Both the position numbers and the translations under genes were made by a program. The notes beneath the pieces were generated by a model. That model ran no database searches. It was not told where the DNA came from and was given only the letters and a program-made list of their open reading frames with translations. Shown piece by piece: positions 27,601 through 36,434 of a DNA stretch of 64,000 bases (position 1 is its first letter; each line of letters opens with the position of its first letter). The stretch is from an uncultured Candidatus Saccharibacteria bacterium (GTDB lineage: Bacteria > Patescibacteriota > WWE3 > UBA101185 > UBA10185): positions 144,791-208,790 of the forward strand of contig CAZEBU010000001.1 of NCBI GenBank assembly GCA_964510435.1, read 5' to 3'.

Positions 27601-29460
27601 CTAAGACCTTGATTTAGCGTAAACTCTAAACATGTTTTCCCCGATTTTCTCTTGTTTGTAGATACTAATGGGGTCGATCTCCGAAGTATTGCTTACGTGG
27701 GGACCCCCGCAAAACTCTTTACTGACGGCATTCTCCAACGTCTCCCCAATATAATAAACCTTTACCTGATCACTGTATTTTTCGTGAAAGGCGTGTATGG
27801 CTCCCGTTTCCAAGGCTCTTTCTTTAGGCATGATGGCAAATTTCACCGGTAGTGCTTTTTTGATATCTTCGTTGATAATTTCCTCGATTTGTTGTATCTG
27901 CTCTTTGGTAAGTTTCTCCGCATAATTGAAATCAAACCTTAGTCTTTCACCGGTGATGTTGCTACCGTGCTGCACCACTTGTTCACCTAAAACTTTTCTC
28001 AGCGCCAAGTGTAGTAGGTGAGTGGCCGTGTGGTATTTGACCACCTGTTCAGAATGATCCGCCAGACCTCCGGCAAATTTTTTGCCTGCACCTTCCCGGG
28101 ATTTTTCTTGGTGCTTTAAGTTCTCTTCTACACCATACTTTAGGTACAATTTCTCATCTATTGGAAGTCCTCTTTCTTTATCATCCTCTAAAGACATCTC
28201 AATCGGATATCCATCGGATTGATAACTCACAGTGGCCAAACTAGACAACGCTTTGGTAATTTCGGTAATATTAAACGGTCTATCTCCATAGCTACTGAGA
28301 TATTTTTCAATTTTCCTTTCTCTCTTAGGTTTTGCAACACGTAAGGTTTTCCTAAACTTATCCTCCTCCTGAGAAAACACCTCCTGGATCTCACTACCTT
28401 TTTCCCGCAAATCCGGGTACAACCATGAAAACATTTCTACAACTACCGGCACCAAACTCACCGAAATATCTTTTTCCAATCCCAAAACCCTTCCGTTACG
28501 TACGATCCTTCTTAACAACCTGCGCAATATATAACCCTGGTCTTTATTACTAGGAAAAACCCCATCCATAGACAAGAGAGTAGCTGCTCTCATATGGTCG
28601 GCCACGATTCTCATAGCTTTGGTATCGCTTTTCTCGTTAAGGTAATCTTTGCCGCTCATCTTTTCCAAACCTTGAATAATGGGGTAAAAGTTATCGGTCA
28701 AATAAATGTCGTTTTTGCCTTGTACAACCATAGCCATTCTTTCCAAACCACCACCAAAATCAACATTTTTCTGCGCAAGCTCTTCCCAACCGCCGGTGAC
28801 TTTTCTATACTGCATAAAAACCGAGTTTCCTATTTCTATGAAATCTTGTTGGTCCTCCGCAGGATTTTTACCAAAGCCATCTCCCTCTTCGCCAATGTAA
28901 TAAAACACTTCGCTATCGGGACCTCCCAGCTCGCCAACCGCCTCACCTCGTTGCCACCAATTTTCCTCTTTTCCATAGGCAAAAATCCTTTCATCTTCTT
29001 TAGCTTCAACACCATACTTAGCAAAAACCTCTTTAATAATTTCCACAGAAACGTTATCCCTAGGCGCATCCTCATTTCCCTCAAACACTGAGGCATACAT
29101 TTTCTTTGGTTCTAATCCCAGCTCGTCCACTAAAAACTCGTAGAACCACTCCAGCTGCTCCTGTTTAAAATAATCCCCTAAGCTCCAATTTCCCAACATA
29201 TGAAATGCGGTAGTATGCCTATTAGTCTCTCCCACGTTGTCCAGATCTTCGAAAAATCTTAGGCACCTTTGCACATTCATGATCCTTTTACCTAAAGGGT
29301 GAGGCTCGCCGGAAAGATAAGGTACCAAAGGAAACATACCCGAATTGACATATAAAAGGGTGGGGTCATTTTCAGGCACTAGGGAAACATTGGGCACTTG
29401 CTTGTGCCCTCTCTTTTCGAAAAAAGATAAATAGTTTTCCAAGATCTCACTAGATTTCAT
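27601..29460 (-). CDS. alaS: Alanine--tRNA ligase (short form without C-Ala domain)
   Basis: DPTLLY.NSGM, HTTAFHMLGNWS, DFGGGLER, HTATH...EFCGGPHV; start set at 29460 because the longer ORF overlaps the tRNA. Confidence 0.95.
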   Translation of the reverse strand: MKSSEILENYLSFFEKRGHKQVPNVSLVPENDPTLLYVNSGMFPLVPYLSGEPHPLGKRIMNVQRCLRFFEDLDNVGETNRHTTAFHMLGNWSLGDYFKQEQLEWFYEFLVDELGLEPKKMYASVFEGNEDAPRDNVSVEIIKEVFAKYGVEAKEDERIFAYGKEENWWQRGEAVGELGGPDSEVFYYIGEEGDGFGKNPAEDQQDFIEIGNSVFMQYRKVTGGWEELAQKNVDFGGGLERMAMVVQGKNDIYLTDNFYPIIQGLEKMSGKDYLNEKSDTKAMRIVADHMRAATLLSMDGVFPSNKDQGYILRRLLRRIVRNGRVLGLEKDISVSLVPVVVEMFSWLYPDLREKGSEIQEVFSQEEDKFRKTLRVAKPKRERKIEKYLSSYGDRPFNITEITKALSSLATVSYQSDGYPIEMSLEDDKERGLPIDEKLYLKYGVEENLKHQEKSREGAGKKFAGGLADHSEQVVKYHTATHLLHLALRKVLGEQVVQHGSNITGERLRFDFNYAEKLTKEQIQQIEEIINEDIKKALPVKFAIMPKERALETGAIHAFHEKYSDQVKVYYIGETLENAVSKEFCGGPHVSNTSEIDPISIYKQEKIGENMFRVYAKSRS

Positions 29461-29479
29461 TCGGTACCCTTTAAAAGAA

Positions 29480-29554
29480 TGGAGGCGCAGAGGGGAATCG
29501 AACCCCCGCATCGAGGTTTTGCAGACCCCAGCGTTTCCACTTCGCCACTGCGCC
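29480..29554 (-). tRNA. tRNA-Cys(GCA)
   Basis: GGCGCAG/CTGCGCC acceptor stem, anticodon loop CTGCAAA, GGTTCGATTCC T-arm, U discriminator, encoded CCA. Confidence 0.96.
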
Positions 29555-29655
29555 CTATAAAAATCATAAAAAACACTTTTATACCGTGATTACAATTGAT
29601 ATTTTATCATTAACATGATAATTTACACATGTATCTTCCTGTCTAACATAAATAT

Positions 29656-30909
29656 ATGGCCATCTCAACATTACAACCTGTCCAAGTAAAATCTCATAAG
29701 TTTAGGTATTCGAATATAATAATTTATATTTCCGCTGTACTATTGGCTGCGGTGTTAATTTTTTTTGGGAAAAGCATCTTTAGCGGTATAAAAAATTTGC
29801 GAAGTAAGTCTGCCATATCTGTGGGTGTCTTCAATGGTCGTGCGGAACTATTTTTAAATGACGAGATGCTGGGTGTAACCCCATTTGAATCAGAAGAGAT
29901 AAAACCGGGAAATAACAAGATCACCTTAAGGTCTTCGAATATGCAGTACGAGACAACCATCAACTTCTTGTCCAATTCAGACAAATATATTCACAAAGTG
30001 GGTATTTTTAGGGATTTGGGTATCTCTGATCTCTTCTCGTCCGGACAGGATCTGTGGTTCGAAGAAAACACTTCCGGAGTAGTCTTAAGAGTAATTTCCG
30101 AACCTACCGGCTCTTCTGTATTTGTTGACGGTACGGAAATAGGCAAAACACCTTTTACCTCCACTAAGCTTTCTGAGGGAGATTATGATCTTAGAGTTGA
30201 GCACGTAGGTTACGAGCCTCAAAAAGCCAGAATAAGGATCCAAGAAGGTTACACTTCAAATGTTTCCATAAAGCTTTTTCCTATGCCTGTACCCTCCAGG
30301 ATCAGCTCATTTGAAGGATCGGATAATCTTTACGACGCCGCCTCAGATAACAACCAGATTATCTCGGACACGGAAACTTGGGTAAAAGCTATAGTCTATT
30401 GGAATCAAACAAGAGGAATTAACCTTGAAGGAGTGGGTATAAATAAAGATCTGGTTTTCGATTATTTTGTAGACTATAAAGGAAATATATTTGATCTCAG
30501 GGGTGATTTAATTACAGACATAGAAAATAATGAGGATATCAAAGACGCAGACCGAGGAGCTTATTTAGGTAGGATCTCCGATGGGCTGGGATTAACCGAA
30601 CCTGCTACAGAGGCTTTAAAAAAATTCAAGAATATTAGGCTTACCACAACAACCACAAAAGCAAAGATTCTCCCTACGGGAACCGGTTGGTTGAGAGTAC
30701 GAAACGATCCGAGCATTAACGGGTCTGAAGTAACAAAAGTGGACGTTGGAAAAGAATACCCATTACTAGAGGAGGGAACTGATTGGGTAAAGATCCTTGT
30801 TTCAGAGGAAATAGAGGGTTGGGTATCAAAAACTTATGTGGAAATTACCAACGTAGCAGAGGAGGTTGTCGAGGAACTTAGCACAGAGTCGGCGGATTTA
30901 GTTGAATGA
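29656..30909 (+). CDS. Membrane-anchored PEGA-domain and SH3 protein
   Basis: SEPTGSSVFVDG..IGKTP PEGA motifs; WLRVR..PS...EGWVS bacterial SH3. Confidence 0.8.
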   Translation: MAISTLQPVQVKSHKFRYSNIIIYISAVLLAAVLIFFGKSIFSGIKNLRSKSAISVGVFNGRAELFLNDEMLGVTPFESEEIKPGNNKITLRSSNMQYETTINFLSNSDKYIHKVGIFRDLGISDLFSSGQDLWFEENTSGVVLRVISEPTGSSVFVDGTEIGKTPFTSTKLSEGDYDLRVEHVGYEPQKARIRIQEGYTSNVSIKLFPMPVPSRISSFEGSDNLYDAASDNNQIISDTETWVKAIVYWNQTRGINLEGVGINKDLVFDYFVDYKGNIFDLRGDLITDIENNEDIKDADRGAYLGRISDGLGLTEPATEALKKFKNIRLTTTTTKAKILPTGTGWLRVRNDPSINGSEVTKVDVGKEYPLLEEGTDWVKILVSEEIEGWVSKTYVEITNVAEEVVEELSTESADLVE

Positions 30910-31491
30910 TTCGTGCCACTCCAAGATTTCCGGACGCAGCTGTCTAACCTTTTCCAGACTAATCTCAAAGTCCTCTGTTAAGAATAGTTTCCTCTCATAT
31001 TCTGCCACATCTGCGAAAATCCCTAAATCATTGTCATAAGTATCTTTAAGACCTCTATAGTAATTTGCTGTCACGGGAATGTACATTTGATCTATATTAT
31101 TATCTGTAATGGGGAGTTTAATATTTTCAATTGTTAAAAAGTAATATAAGGGTATTACATTTCTCAAAGTGGCGAGATTATTGACATTTAGTTTTTCTGC
31201 TTTTTTCAGATCAGAGATGATCTCCTCTTTCAAATTACTCCTATTTTCTGCATTATCCTCCAAAACTAAGGTAGCTAATAATACTTTGGCCTTATTTCTA
31301 TGATAAGCAGGTTCCTGGTAATTACTTTCCAAAGCTCTATTAGAATAAGAAATTGCTTTTTCAAACTCTCCGCTGGCCAGGTAATTTTTTGAATATGTAT
31401 TATAAACATCAGCCATGTATAGGCTTACAAATTTTCCAAGGGCAAAAAAATAAACCACCAAAATAGTTGCTGATAATAATACCTTCCTCAT
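30898..31491 (-). CDS. TM-anchored TPR-like protein
   Basis: Start at MRKVLL (TATAAT 7 nt upstream); GEFEKAISYSNRALESN TPR-like helices. Confidence 0.65.
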   Translation of the reverse strand: MRKVLLSATILVVYFFALGKFVSLYMADVYNTYSKNYLASGEFEKAISYSNRALESNYQEPAYHRNKAKVLLATLVLEDNAENRSNLKEEIISDLKKAEKLNVNNLATLRNVIPLYYFLTIENIKLPITDNNIDQMYIPVTANYYRGLKDTYDNDLGIFADVAEYERKLFLTEDFEISLEKVRQLRPEILEWHESFN

Positions 31492-31498
31492 CGAATCA

Positions 31499-31508
31499 AT
31501 TATATAAT
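31499..31508. promoter_or_regulatory. Palindromic bidirectional -10 element
   Basis: ATTATATAAT gives TATAAT on both strands, each 7 nt from a divergent ATG (31491 and 31516). Confidence 0.6.
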
Positions 31509-31515
31509 ACACCTC

Positions 31516-31890
31516 ATGAGTAATTTTAGAGAAAGTGTTCTCGGAATCGTTAATCAAGTTCCCAAAGGAAAAGTTGTTAGTTACGGACAAGTTGCCCTCA
31601 TGGCAGGGATTCCCCGAGCGGCTAGGCAAGTTGGTAATGTTTTATGCCGCTTTGGTGAAAATGTCACCTGGTGGAGAGTGATCAACAATGCGGGAAGGAT
31701 CAGTACTTCAGACCATGAACACGGCCCTCTTAATCAGGGAGATTACTTAAGGAAAGAGGGGGTTAAGGTTGACGATAAATTAAATATAGACATTGAAAAA
31801 TACCGCTGGAGACCAAACCTGGAAACTTTAGAAAAATTTGCATTAAAAGACGCCGAGATCCAGGAATTTATGGAGAAATTTTTCTCCTAG
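31516..31890 (+). CDS. MGMT-family alkyltransferase-like (ATL) protein
   Basis: VPKGKVVSYGQVA...ARQVG; TWWRVIN in place of catalytic PCHRV. Confidence 0.85.
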   Translation: MSNFRESVLGIVNQVPKGKVVSYGQVALMAGIPRAARQVGNVLCRFGENVTWWRVINNAGRISTSDHEHGPLNQGDYLRKEGVKVDDKLNIDIEKYRWRPNLETLEKFALKDAEIQEFMEKFFS

Positions 31891-33073
31891 AGAGTAAAGC
31901 CAACCAAATCCAAAACATCAAGCTTGTGCTGACTGTAGGCCAGCTAAAAACGTTAGAGGTATAAAAAGCTACTAAACCTGCCACCAGATAATGTTGTTTG
32001 CTTTTCAGAGTATAGCCAATGAGTAATAAGTAAGCGACGAGAGTTAACACTCCAGATTCAACCAGAATCTCCAAATAATAATTGTGTGGCTTGTTTAAGA
32101 TAAAATTCCACTCTGAAGAGTAATTTAAAAAATCTTCCCTGAAAAAAGGGAATTCGTAAGCAAAAGTCTCAGGTCCCCTTCCTACCACAAGAGATCTTAG
32201 ATCAGAGCTTGCCATGCCCAGACTACCCTTCCATAATCCCAACCTGATCAGACCGGGATCAGACACCTTATAGCTTTGGGGGTCGGTGCTAAGAACCAAC
32301 GCGTCGCCAAGCCTATTTTTTAGATATGAAAAATTGACGGAAATCATCACTACAAAAATAAGTAAAATTCCCAAAAAAAACTTACTTAACAATTTATTCC
32401 TCAGCACAAACAGTAAATACAAAAAGCTAACCAGCAAACCGGCAATTCCGGACAATGATCCTGTAAACCAGAGAGCTATAAAGGAAATCAAAAAAGTAAA
32501 CAGCCAAAAAAATCTCTTAAAAAGATCTTGGGCATTTACTATTCTGTCAAGCACCAAAGGTAGAAGAAAAACTATATAAGCTGCAAGCCAGTTTGGCTGC
32601 CCTAGAGTAGAAAAAATTCTCGTACTATCTTGGGAAATTTGAAACATACCGTAAAGAGAAACTGGAATCAAGGCTAAGCAAAAACTGTCTTTAAGGATTT
32701 CCTCTTCCTTATCGTTAATAAAGTTTAAGATCACAAAATAAAGCCCAATAAAGATCAGGAAAGATACGGCACCTCCATTAAACCTTGAGTAATAGCCCCA
32801 CAGAGAGGTATGCAAATGGGTGGAGAAAACCACAGAAAGCATGGTACCTAAAAAATATGCAGTGACAAGTTTATTTGGCCAAACGAATTTAAGTTTGTTG
32901 TAAAACACCCTACTGACAAGAAAAAGAGCAATAATTGTCGTTCCTGCTATGTAGACAAAGAGCATTTTCGGAAACTCGTACAACTCATTTGTCATATTGC
33001 TAAAAATAAGCGGTGTCAAGAAGGCAAGCATTAAAAATAGGTAAAATATAACCCTTTTGGCTGTTAGTTTCAT
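31868..33073 (-). CDS. O-antigen ligase / O-oligosaccharyltransferase family protein
   Basis: Multi-TM; STLGQPNWLA, GRGPETF, NKPHNYYLE. Confidence 0.85.
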   Translation of the reverse strand: MKLTAKRVIFYLFLMLAFLTPLIFSNMTNELYEFPKMLFVYIAGTTIIALFLVSRVFYNKLKFVWPNKLVTAYFLGTMLSVVFSTHLHTSLWGYYSRFNGGAVSFLIFIGLYFVILNFINDKEEEILKDSFCLALIPVSLYGMFQISQDSTRIFSTLGQPNWLAAYIVFLLPLVLDRIVNAQDLFKRFFWLFTFLISFIALWFTGSLSGIAGLLVSFLYLLFVLRNKLLSKFFLGILLIFVVMISVNFSYLKNRLGDALVLSTDPQSYKVSDPGLIRLGLWKGSLGMASSDLRSLVVGRGPETFAYEFPFFREDFLNYSSEWNFILNKPHNYYLEILVESGVLTLVAYLLLIGYTLKSKQHYLVAGLVAFYTSNVFSWPTVSTSLMFWIWLALLSRRKISP

Positions 33074-33096
33074 GCTATTATTATTATATCCTGCCT

Positions 33097-33648
33097 ATGA
33101 TATCAAGAACCCTAGTAAGATTAATAGACCAAGCTATAGCCCCCGCTATACTTCTTTTGAGCACCCGCTTGGCTTCTGTTATTCTCCTTAGCTATTTAAG
33201 CGAAATAAAGTTTACGGTTACCACTTCGGGTTTTGTTTTTGAAAACATAGAAGATTATCTTTATATCAACTCGTACTCGACTCTGGCCATGATAGTAGTT
33301 TTGGCTGTGGGTCTTTTATATATTTTACTTAAAGCCTTTATCTTTCACGACACGCATATTACGCCGCGCCTAACTGCTAAGCTTTTTCATTACAGACTTA
33401 CCACTTTGATCCAGAATTCCTTCGAACTATACTCACAGGGAGTTATTTGGCTGGTTTACCTTTACCTTATTACTATTGTCGCCATTATTCTCTCGGGATT
33501 TTCCTTAATTTATTCCTGGATCTTTTATGTGGCTGTGATCATAAGCGCCTTATCTACGGTTGTGCTGATTTTTGACGTAGAGAATGAAACAGAAATTATT
33601 CGAAACGAAAACGAACTTATTGAAGATGATACCCCAACAGGTATATAG
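33097..33648 (+). CDS. Hypothetical membrane protein
   Basis: About 4 TM segments. Confidence 0.7.
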   Translation: MISRTLVRLIDQAIAPAILLLSTRLASVILLSYLSEIKFTVTTSGFVFENIEDYLYINSYSTLAMIVVLAVGLLYILLKAFIFHDTHITPRLTAKLFHYRLTTLIQNSFELYSQGVIWLVYLYLITIVAIILSGFSLIYSWIFYVAVIISALSTVVLIFDVENETEIIRNENELIEDDTPTGI

Positions 33649-33660
33649 TTTAGATAGATT

Positions 33661-33930
33661 ATGGGTTTAGATCATAGAAAAATAGATAAAATAGGTAGAT
33701 TGGTGGTAGACTCTTTACTGTTTCTGCTCTTGTGGACCATTTTAGCCTTGCCTGCCAGTACTTTTTCCCTGCTTAAGTATGCTCCAAACAACGAGAACGT
33801 CCTTTCTCAGCAGGATATCCGCATTGGACCGCCTACTGATCCTAACGATCCTACTAAAACCTACAGAGAAGATTATTTGCTCGTTGAGGAGACTTCTCCT
33901 AGCAGTGATCTGACTCCCATTCATAACTAG
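33661..33930 (+). CDS. Small hypothetical membrane/secreted protein
   Basis: N-terminal TM followed by a polar tail. Confidence 0.55.
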   Translation: MGLDHRKIDKIGRLVVDSLLFLLLWTILALPASTFSLLKYAPNNENVLSQQDIRIGPPTDPNDPTKTYREDYLLVEETSPSSDLTPIHN

Positions 33931-33985
33931 ACTTGTATCCATGACTTAGTTTCAATCGAAATATCCTTGTCCGGAAAAAACGGTT

Positions 33986-34027
33986 AAAAAAAGAAGGCAT
34001 TCAATTGCGTGTGCAAAAGAATGCCTT
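33986..34027 (-). terminator. Intrinsic terminator
   Basis: AAGGCATTC..TTGC-loop-GCAA..GAATGCCTT with U tract on the minus strand. Confidence 0.7.
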
Positions 34028-34035
34028 GTGGGCTG

Positions 34036-34548
34036 TCAGTCGGATTTCCTTTCCAAACCTCTTAGCACAAGCTTATGGAACTCGGCAACCGTTTCCTGTT
34101 CTTCAGCGGACAGGGGAGTTAGGGCGACGCTGGGGATACGTATGTGAGTTCTTGGGAAATCCACATTCTCTCCTAAGCGGCCTTTGATCAATCCTTCTGT
34201 CGAAATGACGTCCTGCATACCGTTCTTGTGCTCATAGCCTAGACCCTCAGGTAGCCAACCGCAGAAGTAGGCTATTTTGAGCGTGCCTTTGCCAAAGAGC
34301 CTTTCGATATGGTCATAGGTACTGCTTGGGGAGTTTGCTTTCACAATCTCCACATCCACCTTTTGTGGATTTCCAACATTCACATATATTGGAACATGAT
34401 CTCGATTGATCACCTCCACCTTATTGAGAGCCCTTAGTTCCGCCCTTCTCTTGATTTCGCCGTAAAAGAGCCAGGTCAACCAAAACCCTACAAATATGGC
34501 CGCAAAAACAAGGCACCTGAACCCTGGCACATCAGTTATATCAAACAT
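34036..34548 (-). CDS. Hypothetical single-TM protein (solo accessory gene)
   Basis: SD AAGGAGAGGAG; N-terminal TM; own terminator. Confidence 0.65.
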   Translation of the reverse strand: MFDITDVPGFRCLVFAAIFVGFWLTWLFYGEIKRRAELRALNKVEVINRDHVPIYVNVGNPQKVDVEIVKANSPSSTYDHIERLFGKGTLKIAYFCGWLPEGLGYEHKNGMQDVISTEGLIKGRLGENVDFPRTHIRIPSVALTPLSAEEQETVAEFHKLVLRGLERKSD

Positions 34549-34721
34549 CGTACTCCTCTCCTTTTCTATTCCTCTTCATATTTGAGGTTTCCACGATTTT
34601 ACAATAATAACAGTTACAAGTAAAGTGCTATAGGGCTATATTGCGGGTACACACTTTTAAAAGTTGACCTGCGCGAAGCGTAGATTCGACACGAGAAAAG
34701 TGGTGCGTCTGCAAAAACAAA

Positions 34722-35669
34722 CTACAAAATCACGGGAAATAGATAGATCACCGTAATAGTAAAAAGTCCCCAAACCACAACCGAGGCCAGCAAAGGCCAG
34801 TCTGAAAGCAAAACTCGGTCAGGAGACTCGCCTTCGTGCTTTTCGTAAATAACATACAAATACCGGGCCACCCCATAAATAACAATGGGTATGGAGAGCA
34901 TCATCCATTTGGGACTGCTCAGTATCGAAGGTAAAAACGGGGACAGCGCCAAGCTGGATGTCTCCGGAGAAATCTGAAAAACAAACAAAGAGTAGGTAAT
35001 GATGGAATAAGTCGCTGACATAGAGATCATACTATCCAGCAAATTATCCGGGTAGTGCCGTAGCGTCGCCCTAGTTTCCCCAGGATCTTCATTAGCTAAA
35101 TACTTTGCTACAATGGTTTTTTCGGACCTTCTCTTGCCAAAAGCCAGCAACAACGATAAACCAATAGTTGCCAGGGTAAGCCAAGAAGAAACAGAGGTAT
35201 CAGAAGCAAAGCCTCCGGCAAAAACCCTGATAACAAATAAGGTGGCGATGGTCAAAGAATCAAGAATAATAATGTTTTTCAAATAAAGTGTGTAAACAAT
35301 TTGAATGAGAATATAAAAAATGAGAGAAAAGGCAAAAAATGTACCTACAAAATACACAGCAAAAAGAATCGACCCAAAGACCAAGCTAAAGGCAATTAAC
35401 CAGGCGGATCTTTCGGACAATTTGCCGGAAGCTATGGGGCGGTTTTTCTTTACCGGGTGCAGCCTATCTTTGGGGGCGTCAATAATATCGTTAATGATGT
35501 AAGCGGCACTGGAAATAGCACTAAAAGCCAGAAATGCCAGGGTTGTTTTGGTAATAACAGAAACTTTAAACAAATTACCAAAAAACAACGGCGCAGCATA
35601 TACGCTGAGGTTCTTTATCCACTGCCTGGGCCTGGCTGCCCGGATTATTTGATAGATAGTTCCAATCAT
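34722..35669 (-). CDS. UbiA-family prenyl/phosphoribosyltransferase (DPPR synthase-like)
   Basis: RPRQWIKN, NDIIDAPKDRLHPVKKNRPIASG, KRRSE; start moved to ATG 35669 (TATACT 7 nt upstream). Confidence 0.85.
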   Translation of the reverse strand: MIGTIYQIIRAARPRQWIKNLSVYAAPLFFGNLFKVSVITKTTLAFLAFSAISSAAYIINDIIDAPKDRLHPVKKNRPIASGKLSERSAWLIAFSLVFGSILFAVYFVGTFFAFSLIFYILIQIVYTLYLKNIIILDSLTIATLFVIRVFAGGFASDTSVSSWLTLATIGLSLLLAFGKRRSEKTIVAKYLANEDPGETRATLRHYPDNLLDSMISMSATYSIITYSLFVFQISPETSSLALSPFLPSILSSPKWMMLSIPIVIYGVARYLYVIYEKHEGESPDRVLLSDWPLLASVVVWGLFTITVIYLFPVIL

Positions 35670-35714
35670 TGAGTTAAGTATATTCTGCCTACTAACTCGT
35701 GGCAAATATACCAA

Positions 35715-36383
35715 CTACCCACACAATTTATATCCAAACCCATAAACCGTCTTGATCAAAGGTTTATCAAAGGGCCTATCGATCTTGTCCCTTAAAGTTT
35801 TCATGTGTACCGGCAAAGTGTTTGACCTTATATCTAAACCCCACTCCCAGACGTTTTCCAGAATTTGCTCCTGGCTGAGGATTCTTCCTTTATTAAGCAG
35901 TAAATATTCCAGGATCTCGTACTCTTTTCTTCGCAAAACAATCTCCTTGCCTGCTCTCACAACCTTTTTAGAATTAGACTGCAGGCTCAGATCAGCCGCT
36001 TTCAAGACGCCTCTTTTCGCATCGCCATTAGCCCTTTTGATTAGAATTCGCAGATAGGTCATAAGTTCCCGAGGATGGACCGGTTTGGTTAAAACCGCGT
36101 CGGCTCCGCAATCTAATGAGGCAATTTTCTCATCCAAACCCAAATTATCCAGAAGAACCAAAATAGGGGTTTTATCGTCATATTCTCTGGTCTTCCTGCA
36201 CAGTTCAGTGTTGTTTATATCCGGCAACTGGGACTCAATAACTATGGCAGCGTAGTCATTAGTTTGCGCCAAATAGTCTCCTTCTACACCATTAAAAGCC
36301 ACATCCACGATGTAGTGTTCCTGAATTTCATTTTTAATATTTTCTAAAGACTGCTTTTCACTGTTAATGAGCAGGATACGCAT
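35715..36383 (-). CDS. OmpR-family response regulator with atypical receiver
   Basis: GADAVLTKP, winged helix ending IKTVYGFGY; Glu at the phospho-Asp position. Confidence 0.88.
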   Translation of the reverse strand: MRILLINSEKQSLENIKNEIQEHYIVDVAFNGVEGDYLAQTNDYAAIVIESQLPDINNTELCRKTREYDDKTPILVLLDNLGLDEKIASLDCGADAVLTKPVHPRELMTYLRILIKRANGDAKRGVLKAADLSLQSNSKKVVRAGKEIVLRRKEYEILEYLLLNKGRILSQEQILENVWEWGLDIRSNTLPVHMKTLRDKIDRPFDKPLIKTVYGFGYKLCG

Positions 36384-36434
36384 AATATTATTATACAGGT
36401 TATTATAACTACCGTTTATTAAAAAATTGTTAAA

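Noticed and set aside
29461-29511. N-terminal extension of AlaRS
   Set aside because: Overlaps tRNA-Cys; true start is 29460
31492-31629. N-terminal extension of the TPR-like ORF
   Set aside because: Antisense to the ATL gene; promoter supports ATG 31491
34640-34721. Possible small RNA or tRNA fragment (GATTCGAC)
   Set aside because: No cloverleaf or convincing stem found
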